A DNA stretch of 64,000 nt from an uncultured delta proteobacterium (GTDB lineage Bacteria; Myxococcota_A; Polyangia; Polyangiales; Polyangiaceae): assembly GCA_963806225.1 (NCBI GenBank), contig CAWDXG010000004.1, forward strand, positions 3,776,001 to 3,840,000, written 5' to 3'. The position numbers and the translations under genes are program-made. Shown here piece after piece: positions 48,618-59,014 of this stretch. Numbering within the stretch: position 1 is the stretch's first letter; each line of letters opens with the position of its first letter. Below the pieces are notes generated by a model that had not been told where the DNA came from, ran no database searches, and saw nothing but the letters and a program-made list of their open reading frames with translations.

Positions 48618-51600
48618 TCAATCCCAGCGCACGCGCGCGAGGAAGAACTTGTTGTCGACCCGACGACTGGTGAGCACCTTGAAGTGCTTGGGGTTGCCCA
48701 GCTCGTTCTTGAGCGAAGTGACACGCCCCCACTCGGTCGTGAAGTACATCACCTTCACGCCCTTCTTCTTCTGCTCCTTGATCCAGTCCTGGAACTTCTT
48801 GCCGGTGGAGACGAACGCCGGCACGTGGTTGCCGGTATAGAAGTTCTCGCCCTTCCAGTTCATCTGGTACGCGACGAAAGGCTGCTGGGGACCTTGGCGA
48901 TCCTGGTAGTACTTGAGCAGCGTCTCGCGCTGCCCCCAGTGCGACGCCGCCTTGACGAAATATTCGTTCACACCCCATCCGGCCCACAGCACCGAGACCG
49001 CGAGCAGCATCGTGACGACATGGGTGCGCCAGCGCCGTATGACGAAAAGCAGGCAGAGGACTGCGGACGCGATCGTGAAGGCCTCGACGATCCCGCTGAA
49101 GTCGAGCGACTCCGGCCAGGGCCGCGAGTAGTTGTACGAGATGAGGTCCATCAGCCGGACGTTGGCCGGGATGTCGCCCTTGCGGGTGATGAACAGATCG
49201 CTGCCCGTTCGCGCCACGACGATCGCCGAGGCCACCCCGATCACGCCCAGGAGCATCCCGTCGTAGCCGCGGCGCCATGCAGCGAGACGGGAACCGGGCT
49301 GCTCGGCGGCGCCCGCGCGCCCGCCGAACAAGCGCACGGCGGCGACGGCAATCCCTAGCCCGACCAGCACGAGCACGATGCCGAGCACAGGGGAGGCAGG
49401 CGGCGGCTTGTTCTTCAGGTCCGTCCAACCGCTGACCGCGCCAGGAAAAAAGCGCATCAGGCCGTAGACAACCGACGCTGCGCCGAGGCCGATACCGGCG
49501 AGGTAGCGGGCCAGGCGCGGACCATCGGGAAGCGGGCTGCCGAGCGCGTGATCGAGCAACACACCGGTCAGCGCGGCGATCGCCGGAATCGCGGGGAAGA
49601 TGTAGTAGTGATACTTGGTGAGCGTCACCGTCATCATGCCGAATGCGGTGATGAACCACAGCATGAAGAAGGCAAAGGCCGCGCCCTTCGGGTCCCGCTT
49701 GTCGTTGTCGCGGCGGAACGCCCACAGAAGGCCGCCCGCACCGAGGCCCACGAGCGGGAAGAGCGAATAGCCGAGCTGCCAGACGTAGTAGCGGAAGCTC
49801 ACGTCATCGCCCGCGTTCGTGTCGTGAACGTGCACGAACGCCCGCTTGTACATGTCCGCGAACAGGAGCTCGTCGGTGAAGGGCGTGCCGTGACGCACGT
49901 ACATCTGCACGTACCAGGGCAGGCACACGCAGGCGAGCAGGAGCACCGAACCGATGATCTCGAGCCGTGCGAAGTCCTTCCAGCGGCGCGTCGCGCCGAG
50001 ATACACGCCCGCTACGAACCAGGCGATGACCAGCCCCGGCGCACCCTTGGCCAACGCGCTGATGGCCATGAAAAACCACGCGGCCAGGAAGTAGAGGCGT
50101 TGCAGGCGCCGCTCGCCGCGGTTCACCCAGAGCAGCACGCCTGCCACGGCCGACCAGAGCAGCGCCGCCTGCCAGGGCTGGAAGCTCCGGTCGACGGGTA
50201 GCTGCTGACGGCAGGGCGCATTGCCGGGGAGACCGCAGTTGCCGCCGCCCGACCCAGCGAAGAACTCGTCGAGGTGCGGGCGGAACCCATGCGGCGCGGC
50301 GGCGATCTGCAGCGTCAGGTTGCGGCTGAGCAGGTACAGCACCTGCGGCAGCACCGTCATGATGACCGCCGCGAAGATCAGGTGATAGGCGGAAAAGCGC
50401 AGCGTGCGCGATCCGACCTTGAGCTCGTACTGCCTGGCCCGCGCCTCCGGATCGGTGTGGAAGCCGATCAGGAGCAGCGCCATCGACGCAGTCAGAGGCG
50501 CGACGTACGGCATGTCGCACATCGTCTGGTGCGCCAGCAGATACCAGAGCGGCATCGTGGTGAGCGCCACGCCGGCGAGGAAACCCGCCCGGCGTCCGAA
50601 CACCTTGGCCACCGCCTTGTACAGCGAGTACACGCCGATCAAGGTCAGGATGAAGATCGGCATCCGGTTGGCCCACTCCGGCTGCGGGAAGTGGCCGTGC
50701 CCCGCCGCGCTCAACATCTTGTCGGGCATGTAGCGGACGCCAAGCAGCGAGAAGCTGAGCGCCTGGATCCAGAAGTCGAAGACCGGCTTCGAGTAGAACC
50801 AGCCGTCCTGCGCCCACCAGGTCGAGATCCAGTCGTCGCGAGAGAGCAGCTCGCGTGACACCTCGCCGTAGTGCGTTTCCCAGGGGTCGGTCAACGAGTA
50901 GCTGCCGAGCATGGGCAGGTACAGAAGTACGACCAGCACGATCAGCCAGAAGCCGTGCCGCCTTAGCAGGGTGCGTCCGTCGTCGTCGGTCCAGACACCT
51001 ATCTGGCGGCCCGTGCGGAAAACCGCGATGACGACCCACATGAACACGACCGGCGTGAGCACGGCCATGGTGAGGATCTGTTTCGGCAGCACACCCGAAA
51101 CGGCCAGCCGCAAGAGCACGATGAAGACGACCACGCTGCCGAGCAGCTCGCCGAGCCTGGGCAGCAGATCGCGGAGCGTGGTCTGTCCGACGACTACGTC
51201 CGGCGCGTCGTCGAACGTGCCGAGCAGATCGAGGACCCCCCACGCCGCCAGCAGGCAGCACACCACCCCGACCGGCACACTGAAGCTCCAGTGCCGGTCG
51301 GTGGTCATGATCAGGAACGGGATGGCCGCTCCGATCAAGGCGATCAGCGTGCCGCGGACGGGATGCAGCGGATTGCCGCGCGGCACCACCGGCGGCTCGT
51401 CTTCTTCCTCGTCACCGCCGCCGAGCCCCACCAGCGCCTTGAGCCGCGAGCCGAGCGAGCGCGACTTCTTGCTGTCGCCGTCCTCGTCGTCCTCGCCGTC
51501 CTCGTCGTCCTCGTCGTCCTCGTCGCCGCCCGTCTCTTCGTCGTCCTCGTCGTCCTCGTCGCCGCCCGTCTCTTCGTCGGCGGCGTCCGGGTCGGGACTG

Positions 51601-51689
51601 GTAGCGGGCTCCGGGCGCGCTTCGTCCTCCGGCGCCGTGTCGCCGTCGTCCGCGGGCAGATCGGTCTCGTCGTCGTGGTCGCCGGTCAT
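48618..51689 (-). CDS. GT-C glycosyltransferase (GT39/ArnT-PMT_2-like) with acidic N-terminal extension
   Basis: DPWETHYGEV, YSKPVF, LAKG, CLPWY, TKYHYYIFPA; many TM helices. Confidence 0.85.
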   Translation of the reverse strand: MTGDHDDETDLPADDGDTAPEDEARPEPATSPDPDAADEETGGDEDDEDDEETGGDEDDEDDEDGEDDEDGDSKKSRSLGSRLKALVGLGGGDEEEDEPPVVPRGNPLHPVRGTLIALIGAAIPFLIMTTDRHWSFSVPVGVVCCLLAAWGVLDLLGTFDDAPDVVVGQTTLRDLLPRLGELLGSVVVFIVLLRLAVSGVLPKQILTMAVLTPVVFMWVVIAVFRTGRQIGVWTDDDGRTLLRRHGFWLIVLVVLLYLPMLGSYSLTDPWETHYGEVSRELLSRDDWISTWWAQDGWFYSKPVFDFWIQALSFSLLGVRYMPDKMLSAAGHGHFPQPEWANRMPIFILTLIGVYSLYKAVAKVFGRRAGFLAGVALTTMPLWYLLAHQTMCDMPYVAPLTASMALLLIGFHTDPEARARQYELKVGSRTLRFSAYHLIFAAVIMTVLPQVLYLLSRNLTLQIAAAPHGFRPHLDEFFAGSGGGNCGLPGNAPCRQQLPVDRSFQPWQAALLWSAVAGVLLWVNRGERRLQRLYFLAAWFFMAISALAKGAPGLVIAWFVAGVYLGATRRWKDFARLEIIGSVLLLACVCLPWYVQMYVRHGTPFTDELLFADMYKRAFVHVHDTNAGDDVSFRYYVWQLGYSLFPLVGLGAGGLLWAFRRDNDKRDPKGAAFAFFMLWFITAFGMMTVTLTKYHYYIFPAIPAIAALTGVLLDHALGSPLPDGPRLARYLAGIGLGAASVVYGLMRFFPGAVSGWTDLKNKPPPASPVLGIVLVLVGLGIAVAAVRLFGGRAGAAEQPGSRLAAWRRGYDGMLLGVIGVASAIVVARTGSDLFITRKGDIPANVRLMDLISYNYSRPWPESLDFSGIVEAFTIASAVLCLLFVIRRWRTHVVTMLLAVSVLWAGWGVNEYFVKAASHWGQRETLLKYYQDRQGPQQPFVAYQMNWKGENFYTGNHVPAFVSTGKKFQDWIKEQKKKGVKVMYFTTEWGRVTSLKNELGNPKHFKVLTSRRVDNKFFLARVRWD
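51481..51580. repeat. Repeats encoding an acidic DEETGGDEDDE tract
   Basis: Repeated tcctcgtcg units and a duplicated gccgcccgtctcttcgtc. Confidence 0.75.
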
Positions 51690-51864
51690 GAACCCTCGAG
51701 GCGCCTGGGGCGCTCCGCTCGGACGCGGGGGGGCTTGGGTTCGCCTGTTCGCAATGGTGTCGGTCCCCGCCCTGGAGCGGGCGCAAGCGCCTGGATTATT
51801 CGCAAAATCTGGCTAGTGTCGAGCCTGGGGTGCCTCCGCCGGAGGGCCGGCGGCCGCGCCCGGG

Positions 51865-52920
51865 CTACGGGGCGTCCAGCGCCCGCTCCACGCCCTGCTC
51901 GCGGATGTGCTCCGTATCGCAGGAACTGGGCCAGGGGAAGACGTATGCGATGGCCAGTGTGGTCAGCAGCGCATCGCCCCATCCGGTCGAGGGGACGGCG
52001 GCCGCCCAGGCCCTCGGTTCGGTCCGGCCATTGCGGCCCCGGACCTGGAAAAAACTGATGGCGGCAACCTGCTGGGCGCCAGGCGAGCGCAGGTCGAAGC
52101 CCCGGACCCCGCCCATCCCCAGAACCGTCACGTTCCGGGAAGAAAAAGTCGCCCGCTCGCCGGCCGACGACCCGAGCCGGCCGGCAAATCTGGCGTTGGC
52201 CCACGTCCCGTAGCCGCTCACGCCGAGATCACGGGCCACGCCATCGACTGCCGGGACGATGCGGCACGCCAGAGCGAAGTGCGGCGGGTCGAAGTAGCCG
52301 ATCAGGCGGACGGTGTCCGTGCTGATGCACGCCGCAGCGATCGTCCGCCCGTCGCGACGGCCAAAGACCGTGAACGTCATCGTCTCGGTCGTGGTGCGCG
52401 GAAGCCGCAGCACGCCGTGGATGTCGTGCAGCAACATCTCGACAGGCGCGGGGAAGTGCCGGGTGTCGCCGGACCCCGTGAGCCCGGTGAGCGCAACCCG
52501 CACGTCGCGGAGCGAGGCATCGTCGTGGACGGAGCGCAGGAACCTCTCGTAGTCGCGCAACACGGCCTCGTCGAACAAGAGCACGCTGTCGAGATGGCGG
52601 TGCGGCGCGCTGGCCAGCCCGGTCAGCGACCCCACGACCACGCCCGCGGACTTGTCGCCAGCCAGCCCAGGCGCCTTCTGCTTCTTCTTCTCCTCCTCCT
52701 GCTGGTAGTTGGCGCGCCTGACCTGCCACGACTCCCCCGATGGCGAGGCCTGCTCCGCCTTGGAGTCCGGGCAGTACACGGCATTGAAACCGAGCTCCCC
52801 GGAGACAGGCAGCTCGGGCGTCTTCGAAAGCGAGCTGTCCAGGTGGAAGGTGCCACCCGCACACGCCGGAAGCAGCGCGAGGCAAAACCCTGCCAGAACA
52901 CCTGCGCTCTGCAAACCCAA
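51865..52920 (-). CDS. Hypothetical lipoprotein
   Basis: LALLPAC lipobox; fills the interval between the GT and GGDEF genes. Confidence 0.6.
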   Translation of the reverse strand: MGLQSAGVLAGFCLALLPACAGGTFHLDSSLSKTPELPVSGELGFNAVYCPDSKAEQASPSGESWQVRRANYQQEEEKKKQKAPGLAGDKSAGVVVGSLTGLASAPHRHLDSVLLFDEAVLRDYERFLRSVHDDASLRDVRVALTGLTGSGDTRHFPAPVEMLLHDIHGVLRLPRTTTETMTFTVFGRRDGRTIAAACISTDTVRLIGYFDPPHFALACRIVPAVDGVARDLGVSGYGTWANARFAGRLGSSAGERATFSSRNVTVLGMGGVRGFDLRSPGAQQVAAISFFQVRGRNGRTEPRAWAAAVPSTGWGDALLTTLAIAYVFPWPSSCDTEHIREQGVERALDAP

Positions 52921-53001
52921 GGCAAGGCAGTCTACCAGGCATTGTGCGAGGGTGGAGCCGTCGCGGCCTCGAGCCCGGTTGACGCCGCCGTGCGGCGGCA
53001 G

Positions 53002-55131
53002 CTACGCGGCGCAGCCGGCCAGGCGGGAGGCCCAGATGGTGACGCGGTTGCGGCCGCCGCGTTTGGAGGCGTACAGGGCCTCGTCGGTGGACTTGAAAAG
53101 CGTTTCCCAGTCGCTGCCGGCGTGCGGGAACGTAGCGACGCCGACGGAGCAGGTCACGCTCAGCGTCCCGAGTTCGGTGTGGAAGCTGGTCGCCTCCAGC
53201 TCGCTGCGCACGCGCTCGGCGAGCAGGGCGGCACCCTCCGCGTCGGTTTCCTCGCAGACGATCACGAACTCCTCGCCACCGAAGCGACCGACCACGTCGG
53301 TGTCGCGCTTGACGCGCTTGAGCACTTCGCCGAAGCCCTTGATGACCACGTCGCCGACGTCGTGACCGTAGGTGTCGTTGACCTTCTTGAAATGGTCGAT
53401 GTCGCACACCATTGCGGCCAGCGGTTTGTGGAAGCGCTTGGCGCTCCTCACCTTCTGCACGGCGGTCTCGATCAGCGCGCGCTTGTTCATCAGGCCCGTC
53501 ATGCCGTCGGTGGTGGCGAGCTCCTCCAACCGCTTGAGCATGCGCGCGTTGGAGAGCGAGACGGCCACGTGGCTCGCCAGCACTTCCAGCGTCGGGCGCA
53601 CCGCGTCGCCGAAGGCGCCGCGCCGCCCCGAACCGAGCACGAGCGTGCCCAGCGCGCGCTCGTGCACCACCAGCGGAAGCACGAGCAATGAAGGCATGGC
53701 GGGCGGAGCGAGACGCCGCGTGAAGACCACCTGCCGCGCCGGGTCGTAGTCACCGCGATAGGGCAGCGGGTGGCGGTTGGCGACGACCATGCTGACGAGC
53801 CCCGTGTTGTGGCGGAAGCGGCGGCCGACGAGGGCCTCGGCGCCTTCGCCGCTGACGGCGCAGATCTCGTGCTCCGCCGAAGCGCGGTCGAAGAGCGTGA
53901 CCACCGCGAAGTCGAAGGACGCGAACTCGCGCGCGCTGTTCACGCCCGCTTCGATGACCTGTGCCTCGGTCGCAGCGGCGGACAGCGCGTCGGCAGCCCG
54001 GTACAGCTTGCCCTGTTCGATCTTCGCGCGCTCGAGCTGGATGAAGACGCGCTCGTTCTCCACCGAGCGCTGCAGGAAATGAGTTGCCGCAACCAGCAGC
54101 TCTTCCTCATGCGAGGTGAAGGACTCGCGCGACTCGCGATCCACGACCAGCACGCCGTGCGGGTGACCGTGTTCCATCACGGGAGCCGCGCACACGGCGC
54201 CTATCACGGGTTTGATGGCGTAGTGGTGGACGTGCTGGCCGGCGCGCGGCCCGTCGAGGCTCACCGGCTCGCCGCGCGCCAGGACGGCCCCGAAGATGCC
54301 GTCGCGGGCGCTGAAGGGGCCTGGGTTGATGGCGTCTTCCTCGGTGCTGAGCTCCTGGATGTAGAGCTTGTCGCCGCGCAGACCGAGCAGCACGGCGGTC
54401 CTCAGCCCCAGCGTGCGGCGCAGGAGCTCGAGCGCGAACTGCTGGGCCTGGTGGATTTCTTCCACCCCGGATTGCAGCAACCGTTCCTCGTCGCTCGGAC
54501 CGCGCGACACTGGCTGCCGCGGCGAGCTGGGAGCGCCGAGCAGGCGGTAGGACCGGGCCGCGTCCTTCATGCGCTGGATCTCGGCCTCGATGCGCAGGCG
54601 GCTGAGCCGGCGCACGCGCGTGATCTCGGCGCGGAACAGCGCCAGGTTCAGGAACGCGAACACGCCGATCAGCGCGGCGTGCGGCCAGAGCTGCTCGGTG
54701 TCATGGCGGCCGAAGGACAAATACTGGAGCGCGGACTCGAGCAGGATCGCGAAGGCGACGGTGCCGACGGCCGCCGTGGGCCGCGCGAAGCCGGCCACGA
54801 GCATCATCACAGCGTAGATGACCGGATAGTAGGCGCCGTCCAGCTGGCCCGGTGCAAACAGGATGCCCAGGTAGACCGCGACCACGACGTGCGTAAACAG
54901 CTCCAGGTCGAGGCGCGCGGTGTCGTCGGGGTTGAGCCGCCTGAGGCGGCGGAACAGCCTCACGCAGAGCGACACCGAGAGCAGGCCGAGAGCGGCGGCA
55001 TTCCAGGCAGCCGACGGCGGGTCCCCTGCCCACAACACGAGGTAGGCGCCGAGCGCGATGCTGATCGCGATCCCGGACAGTCGGGCGAGCCCCTGCTGCA
55101 CCGCGTAGGTGGCGCGGACGAGCGGATCCAT
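53002..55131 (-). CDS. Membrane diguanylate cyclase, TM-GAF-GAF-GGDEF (DmxA-like architecture)
   Basis: N-terminal TM helices, two GAF-like segments, TDGMTGLMN, DIDHFKKVNDTYGH, RDTD I-site, RFGGEEF. Confidence 0.92.
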   Translation of the reverse strand: MDPLVRATYAVQQGLARLSGIAISIALGAYLVLWAGDPPSAAWNAAALGLLSVSLCVRLFRRLRRLNPDDTARLDLELFTHVVVAVYLGILFAPGQLDGAYYPVIYAVMMLVAGFARPTAAVGTVAFAILLESALQYLSFGRHDTEQLWPHAALIGVFAFLNLALFRAEITRVRRLSRLRIEAEIQRMKDAARSYRLLGAPSSPRQPVSRGPSDEERLLQSGVEEIHQAQQFALELLRRTLGLRTAVLLGLRGDKLYIQELSTEEDAINPGPFSARDGIFGAVLARGEPVSLDGPRAGQHVHHYAIKPVIGAVCAAPVMEHGHPHGVLVVDRESRESFTSHEEELLVAATHFLQRSVENERVFIQLERAKIEQGKLYRAADALSAAATEAQVIEAGVNSAREFASFDFAVVTLFDRASAEHEICAVSGEGAEALVGRRFRHNTGLVSMVVANRHPLPYRGDYDPARQVVFTRRLAPPAMPSLLVLPLVVHERALGTLVLGSGRRGAFGDAVRPTLEVLASHVAVSLSNARMLKRLEELATTDGMTGLMNKRALIETAVQKVRSAKRFHKPLAAMVCDIDHFKKVNDTYGHDVGDVVIKGFGEVLKRVKRDTDVVGRFGGEEFVIVCEETDAEGAALLAERVRSELEATSFHTELGTLSVTCSVGVATFPHAGSDWETLFKSTDEALYASKRGGRNRVTIWASRLAGCAA

Positions 55132-55316
55132 GCGAGCCCGACCCCGTACCAGAACGCCAGCCCGACGGCCCAGTTCGAGGCGGAACGGCGTGGGGGGCAG
55201 GGAGGCAGAGAGGGTCCGGCCAGCGACGCCACAGCGGCGGGCAGCGGCTGCCAGAACCCTCCACCCCGACTGCGCGGCGCTTTCCCGAATGCGCCCGCCG
55301 GGGGCAGACTTGTGGC

Positions 55317-56783
55317 GTGAAGCCCGGCCTCCGCCTCCAGATCCTGCTGCTCCTCGGCGGCTCGATGCTGCTCGCGTTCGTGCCGCTGTTCTTCGCGGTG
55401 GCGACCTACGCAAGCTACACGCTGCAAAAGGTGCGCGACTCGAGCGCGCGTTCGCTCGGCAGGGCCATTGCGGGGCACGTGGCCGAAGCCCGCGAGAACC
55501 GCTCGCGCTCCGAGCTGATGACCCTGCTCGAGTCGGAGGTGGGCACCGAGGGCGTCGAGGCGATTGGCGTGTACGAACAGCACGGCATGCCGGTGGCTCG
55601 CATCGGCGAACCGGTCGCCGTGGACGGTCTGCCGCGAAAGCTCGATGCGAAGCTGGAAGCCGTGCGCGAAGTGCACAGCTCCTTCGGCCGCGCTCTGGCC
55701 ATCCAGGTGCCGGACTCGCGGGGCGCCGTGATCGCCGTGCTGCGCACGGACAACCAGGCCGCGCAGGCCGCGCCGCTGGTGCGGCTGCTGGGCCTGTACA
55801 CGGGGCTGGTGGCGCTCGCGCTGCTGGTGCTGGCGTACTTCGCCCTCACGCGGCTCATCGTGCGGCCGCTGGTGCAGCTCTCGACTGCGGCGGAGCGCGT
55901 AGCGGGCGGGGCGCGGCGGTTGGAGGTGCCCCGGACCGGAGCGCGCGAGCTCGCGGAGCTCGGCAGCAGCCTGCGCACCATGACCGACAAGCTCATCAGC
56001 GACGAAGAGGCGCTCCGGCGCAAGGTGGACGAGGTGGAGCGCGCCACGCTGAGCCTCAAGGAGGCGCAGCACCGCCTGGTGCGCTCGGAGCGACTGGCCT
56101 CGGTGGGGCGGCTGGCCGCGGGGCTGGCCCACGAGATCGGCAACCCCATCTCGGCGCTGATCGGCATGGAGGATCTGCTGCTCGAGGGCGACCTGGAGCC
56201 GGAGCAGCAGAAGGACTTCGTCCAGCGGATGCGCAAGGAGACGGAGCGCATCAACAGCATCCTGCGCGACCTGTTGCAGTTCGCGCGGCCCGCAACCTCC
56301 GGCCCGGACGGCGAGACCGCCCCGGGCAACGTGGAATCGGCAGTCTACGACACGGCAGCGCTGCTCGGGCCACAGAAGGCGATGAGCGACGTCGAGCTCG
56401 AGCTGGACGTCCATCCAGAGCTGCCCGCCGTCGCACTCAGCCGGGAGCAGCTCGTGCAGGTGATCCTCAATCTCGCGCTCAACGCCGCCGACGCGGTCGG
56501 CGAGGGTGGGCGCGTGAAGGTGAGCGCCGAACCGAACGCGGGCGGTGTACGGCTGAGCGTGGAGGACAACGGGCCCGGAGTACCGGCGGAAGTGGAAGAT
56601 CGCCTGTTTGAACCGTTCGTGACGACGAAGGATATCGGCAAGGGGACCGGGCTCGGCCTGGCCGTCTGCCGTGGGCTCGTCGAATCCGCCGGCGGCAGCA
56701 TCGTGCTCGACGAGACCTACGACAAGGGCGCGCGCTTCGTGATCGAGCTGCCCGCCGCAGATGAGCGCGCGGAGTCGTCTTGA
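55317..56783 (+). CDS. HAMP-domain sensor histidine kinase
   Basis: Two TM helices, HAMP (VRPLVQLS), GLAHEIGNP, QVILNLALNAADA, DNGPG, FEPFVTTK, GTGLGL. Confidence 0.95.
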   Translation: MKPGLRLQILLLLGGSMLLAFVPLFFAVATYASYTLQKVRDSSARSLGRAIAGHVAEARENRSRSELMTLLESEVGTEGVEAIGVYEQHGMPVARIGEPVAVDGLPRKLDAKLEAVREVHSSFGRALAIQVPDSRGAVIAVLRTDNQAAQAAPLVRLLGLYTGLVALALLVLAYFALTRLIVRPLVQLSTAAERVAGGARRLEVPRTGARELAELGSSLRTMTDKLISDEEALRRKVDEVERATLSLKEAQHRLVRSERLASVGRLAAGLAHEIGNPISALIGMEDLLLEGDLEPEQQKDFVQRMRKETERINSILRDLLQFARPATSGPDGETAPGNVESAVYDTAALLGPQKAMSDVELELDVHPELPAVALSREQLVQVILNLALNAADAVGEGGRVKVSAEPNAGGVRLSVEDNGPGVPAEVEDRLFEPFVTTKDIGKGTGLGLAVCRGLVESAGGSIVLDETYDKGARFVIELPAADERAESS

Positions 56784-57274
56784 GAAACGCGCCGTACCGC
56801 GAACGGTCGCGCGCCGTTCTCGTGGTGCGCGGCGAGCCCTTCGCGACATTCGTGCTGTGGGCGGTCTGGAGCGCCGAGGTCGTGATCGTGGCGGTGGCCC
56901 TGTTCGTGCACGGGGAAACGCGACTCAGATGGGCGGGTGGCGCAGTCTTGTCTGCGCTGGTTCTTGCCACCGCAGTGGTGGTCGCGGGGCGCTCGGTAGC
57001 CAGGTGGCGCTTCTCGCTCGCTGGCTCCACGCTTCGAATCGAACACCTGACAGCTAGACACGTGGACGTTCTTGCCACCCTCGACGTGTGCGACGGCGTC
57101 GAGCTGCACTTGCAGGACGCGAAGAGCGCGGGCAGCCTGGACTACGAGATCCGCCTCGTTGCCGGTGACCAGCGGCTCGAGTTCAGCCCCGGCCGCCGCG
57201 TGGATCTCGTCGCCGCGAGGCTGACGCGGTTTCTGGAGAAGCACCACGTGAGAGTCACGCCGGGCAAGGCGTGA
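56780..57274 (+). CDS. Hypothetical membrane protein
   Basis: Start overlaps the kinase stop; two hydrophobic helices. Confidence 0.6.
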   Translation: MRNAPYRERSRAVLVVRGEPFATFVLWAVWSAEVVIVAVALFVHGETRLRWAGGAVLSALVLATAVVVAGRSVARWRFSLAGSTLRIEHLTARHVDVLATLDVCDGVELHLQDAKSAGSLDYEIRLVAGDQRLEFSPGRRVDLVAARLTRFLEKHHVRVTPGKA

Positions 57275-57401
57275 GCCCTCTGGGCCGCGCGCTGCATCCC
57301 GAACGTCCCATCGACTTGCATGTGTAGCGTCCGGGTTGCTCGTTTCGGGTTACGTGGGGGCAGATGCGTAGGTTTGGCGAAGTAGCGTATACTGGCGCCG
57401 C

Positions 57402-58088
57402 GTGAGAGAAGAGCAGTTCTCAGCACCGCGCGTCGAGGCAACGTTCTGCTTCGTCGACATGGCCGGCTTCACGGCCTTGACCGAAGCGCAGGGCGACGAG
57501 GACGCGGCGGACGTGGCGACGCGCTTCGCCGATCTGGCGCGCGCCTCGCTCGGGCCGGGCGATTTCCTCGTGAAGACCATCGGCGACGCCGTGCTCATCA
57601 CGGCCCCGGACCCGGTCTCCGGAGTCGAGCTGGTGGAGCGGCTGCTGACGGGCGCGGCGGCGGAACCGGGTCTGCCCTCGCTCCGGGCAGGACTGCACCA
57701 CGGCGAGGCCGTCAACCGGGACGGTGACGTGTTCGGCGCAGCAGTCAATCTGGCGGCGCGCGTGGCGAGCGAGGCGCACGCCGGCGAAGTGCTGGGCACG
57801 GCGCGCATCGCCGCCGCGGCCCGCGACCTGGGCATCCCAGTGGCGGATCTGGGCAGCGTGCTGCTCAAGAACGTGCGCGGCTCCATCCCCCTGTACTCGC
57901 TGGCGCTGGTGGTCGGCGCAACCGAGACGCCGATCGATCCCGTGTGCCGCACGCCGGTGGATCGACGCGGCGCAGCAGGCCGGCTCCGCTACAACGGCGG
58001 CGAGTACTGGTTCTGCTCGCTGACCTGCGCGGCGGCGTTTGCCAGCAATCCGGGCTGGCACGCTGCGGAATCCGACGAGCCGCGCTGA
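57402..58088 (+). CDS. Class III adenylate/guanylate cyclase with C-terminal YHS domain
   Basis: FVDMAGFT, KTIGDAV, DVFGAAVNLAAR, LKNV; DPVC...YWFCSLTCAAAFASNP. Confidence 0.9.
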   Translation: MREEQFSAPRVEATFCFVDMAGFTALTEAQGDEDAADVATRFADLARASLGPGDFLVKTIGDAVLITAPDPVSGVELVERLLTGAAAEPGLPSLRAGLHHGEAVNRDGDVFGAAVNLAARVASEAHAGEVLGTARIAAAARDLGIPVADLGSVLLKNVRGSIPLYSLALVVGATETPIDPVCRTPVDRRGAAGRLRYNGGEYWFCSLTCAAAFASNPGWHAAESDEPR

Positions 58089-58207
58089 GCCCGGAAGCAG
58101 CGAAACCGGTGCGGGGCTCGCGGGCGCCGGGCGCATGATTTTCCTCGCGAGGGCCGGCACCGTTGGCGGTTTCCGCGCCCATCGCAGCTTTCCGTCACAT
58201 GGGGTGG

Positions 58208-58223
58208 TGGCATGTGCGATGCA
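58208..58223 (+). promoter_or_regulatory. Putative sigma-54 promoter
   Basis: TGGCATG-TGCG-ATGCA, 60 bp upstream of ATG 58284. Confidence 0.4.
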
Positions 58224-58283
58224 GCGCACATTGCAGCATGACGCCTCACCCGGCGGGGAGGGCGTGCGACCGGAGGTGTTGTC

Positions 58284-58658
58284 ATGAAGGCGCTCATCGG
58301 CTTCGTCTCGATGGCATTCGGGGCTTTTCTGGTTTTAGCCATGGTGAAGATCCAGATCGACCCATTCGCCTTCACCAGCTTCACCCGTTACACGCCTGCA
58401 GCCATCGGGCAGCCGGCAGCTCCGGTCACGCCGCCGACGCCGGCCGAGCCGGTGACACACGTCATCACGCTGGCCGACGTGACCATCGTCGCTGCCATGT
58501 CCCGGCACGTCCTCCCCGCGCGTCGCGCGACCGTCCAGGCCCGCGTCGCGGCGGCGCCGGTGGAGCCGCGCGTCAAGGTGCTTCCGGCGCCGTGCGTCGA
58601 CGGGCAGTATCGAAAGCTCGAGGCGCATCGCGGCGTGCGCCTGATGTGCCCGCACTGA
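58284..58658 (+). CDS. Small hypothetical membrane-anchored/exported protein
   Basis: GGAGG RBS; N-terminal hydrophobic helix; C-terminal Cys pair. Confidence 0.65.
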   Translation: MKALIGFVSMAFGAFLVLAMVKIQIDPFAFTSFTRYTPAAIGQPAAPVTPPTPAEPVTHVITLADVTIVAAMSRHVLPARRATVQARVAAAPVEPRVKVLPAPCVDGQYRKLEAHRGVRLMCPH

Positions 58659-58689
58659 GCGCGGACAGCAGTGCTAGCCTGCAGCCCGC

Positions 58690-58980
58690 ATGGCTGCTTC
58701 CCGATTCGGCATAGGCGTCAACATGGCCGCCAGCGCGCTGACGGCCTGCACAGGTGTGTGGATCCTGTGGGGGCTCGCCACGCGCGGTGACTACTTCGCC
58801 AGCGGAAATCCGCTCGTGCTGGTCAGCCTCGTCGTGGCCGGCATTCTGGGTCTTGTCGCTGGCTATCGACGGCGCTCGCCGCGCTACCGCGGCATCGTGC
58901 TCGGGATCGCGGTTTTCGCGCTTCTGTTCTGGGTCGTCGTGCCCGCTGGCTGGTGGGCACACGGGCCACCGCATCGATGA
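58690..58980 (+). CDS. Small membrane protein
   Basis: Three hydrophobic segments. Confidence 0.55.
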   Translation: MAASRFGIGVNMAASALTACTGVWILWGLATRGDYFASGNPLVLVSLVVAGILGLVAGYRRRSPRYRGIVLGIAVFALLFWVVVPAGWWAHGPPHR

Positions 58981-59014
58981 GACGACAGGCGGCGCGATCG
59001 ACTACACTCGCCAC

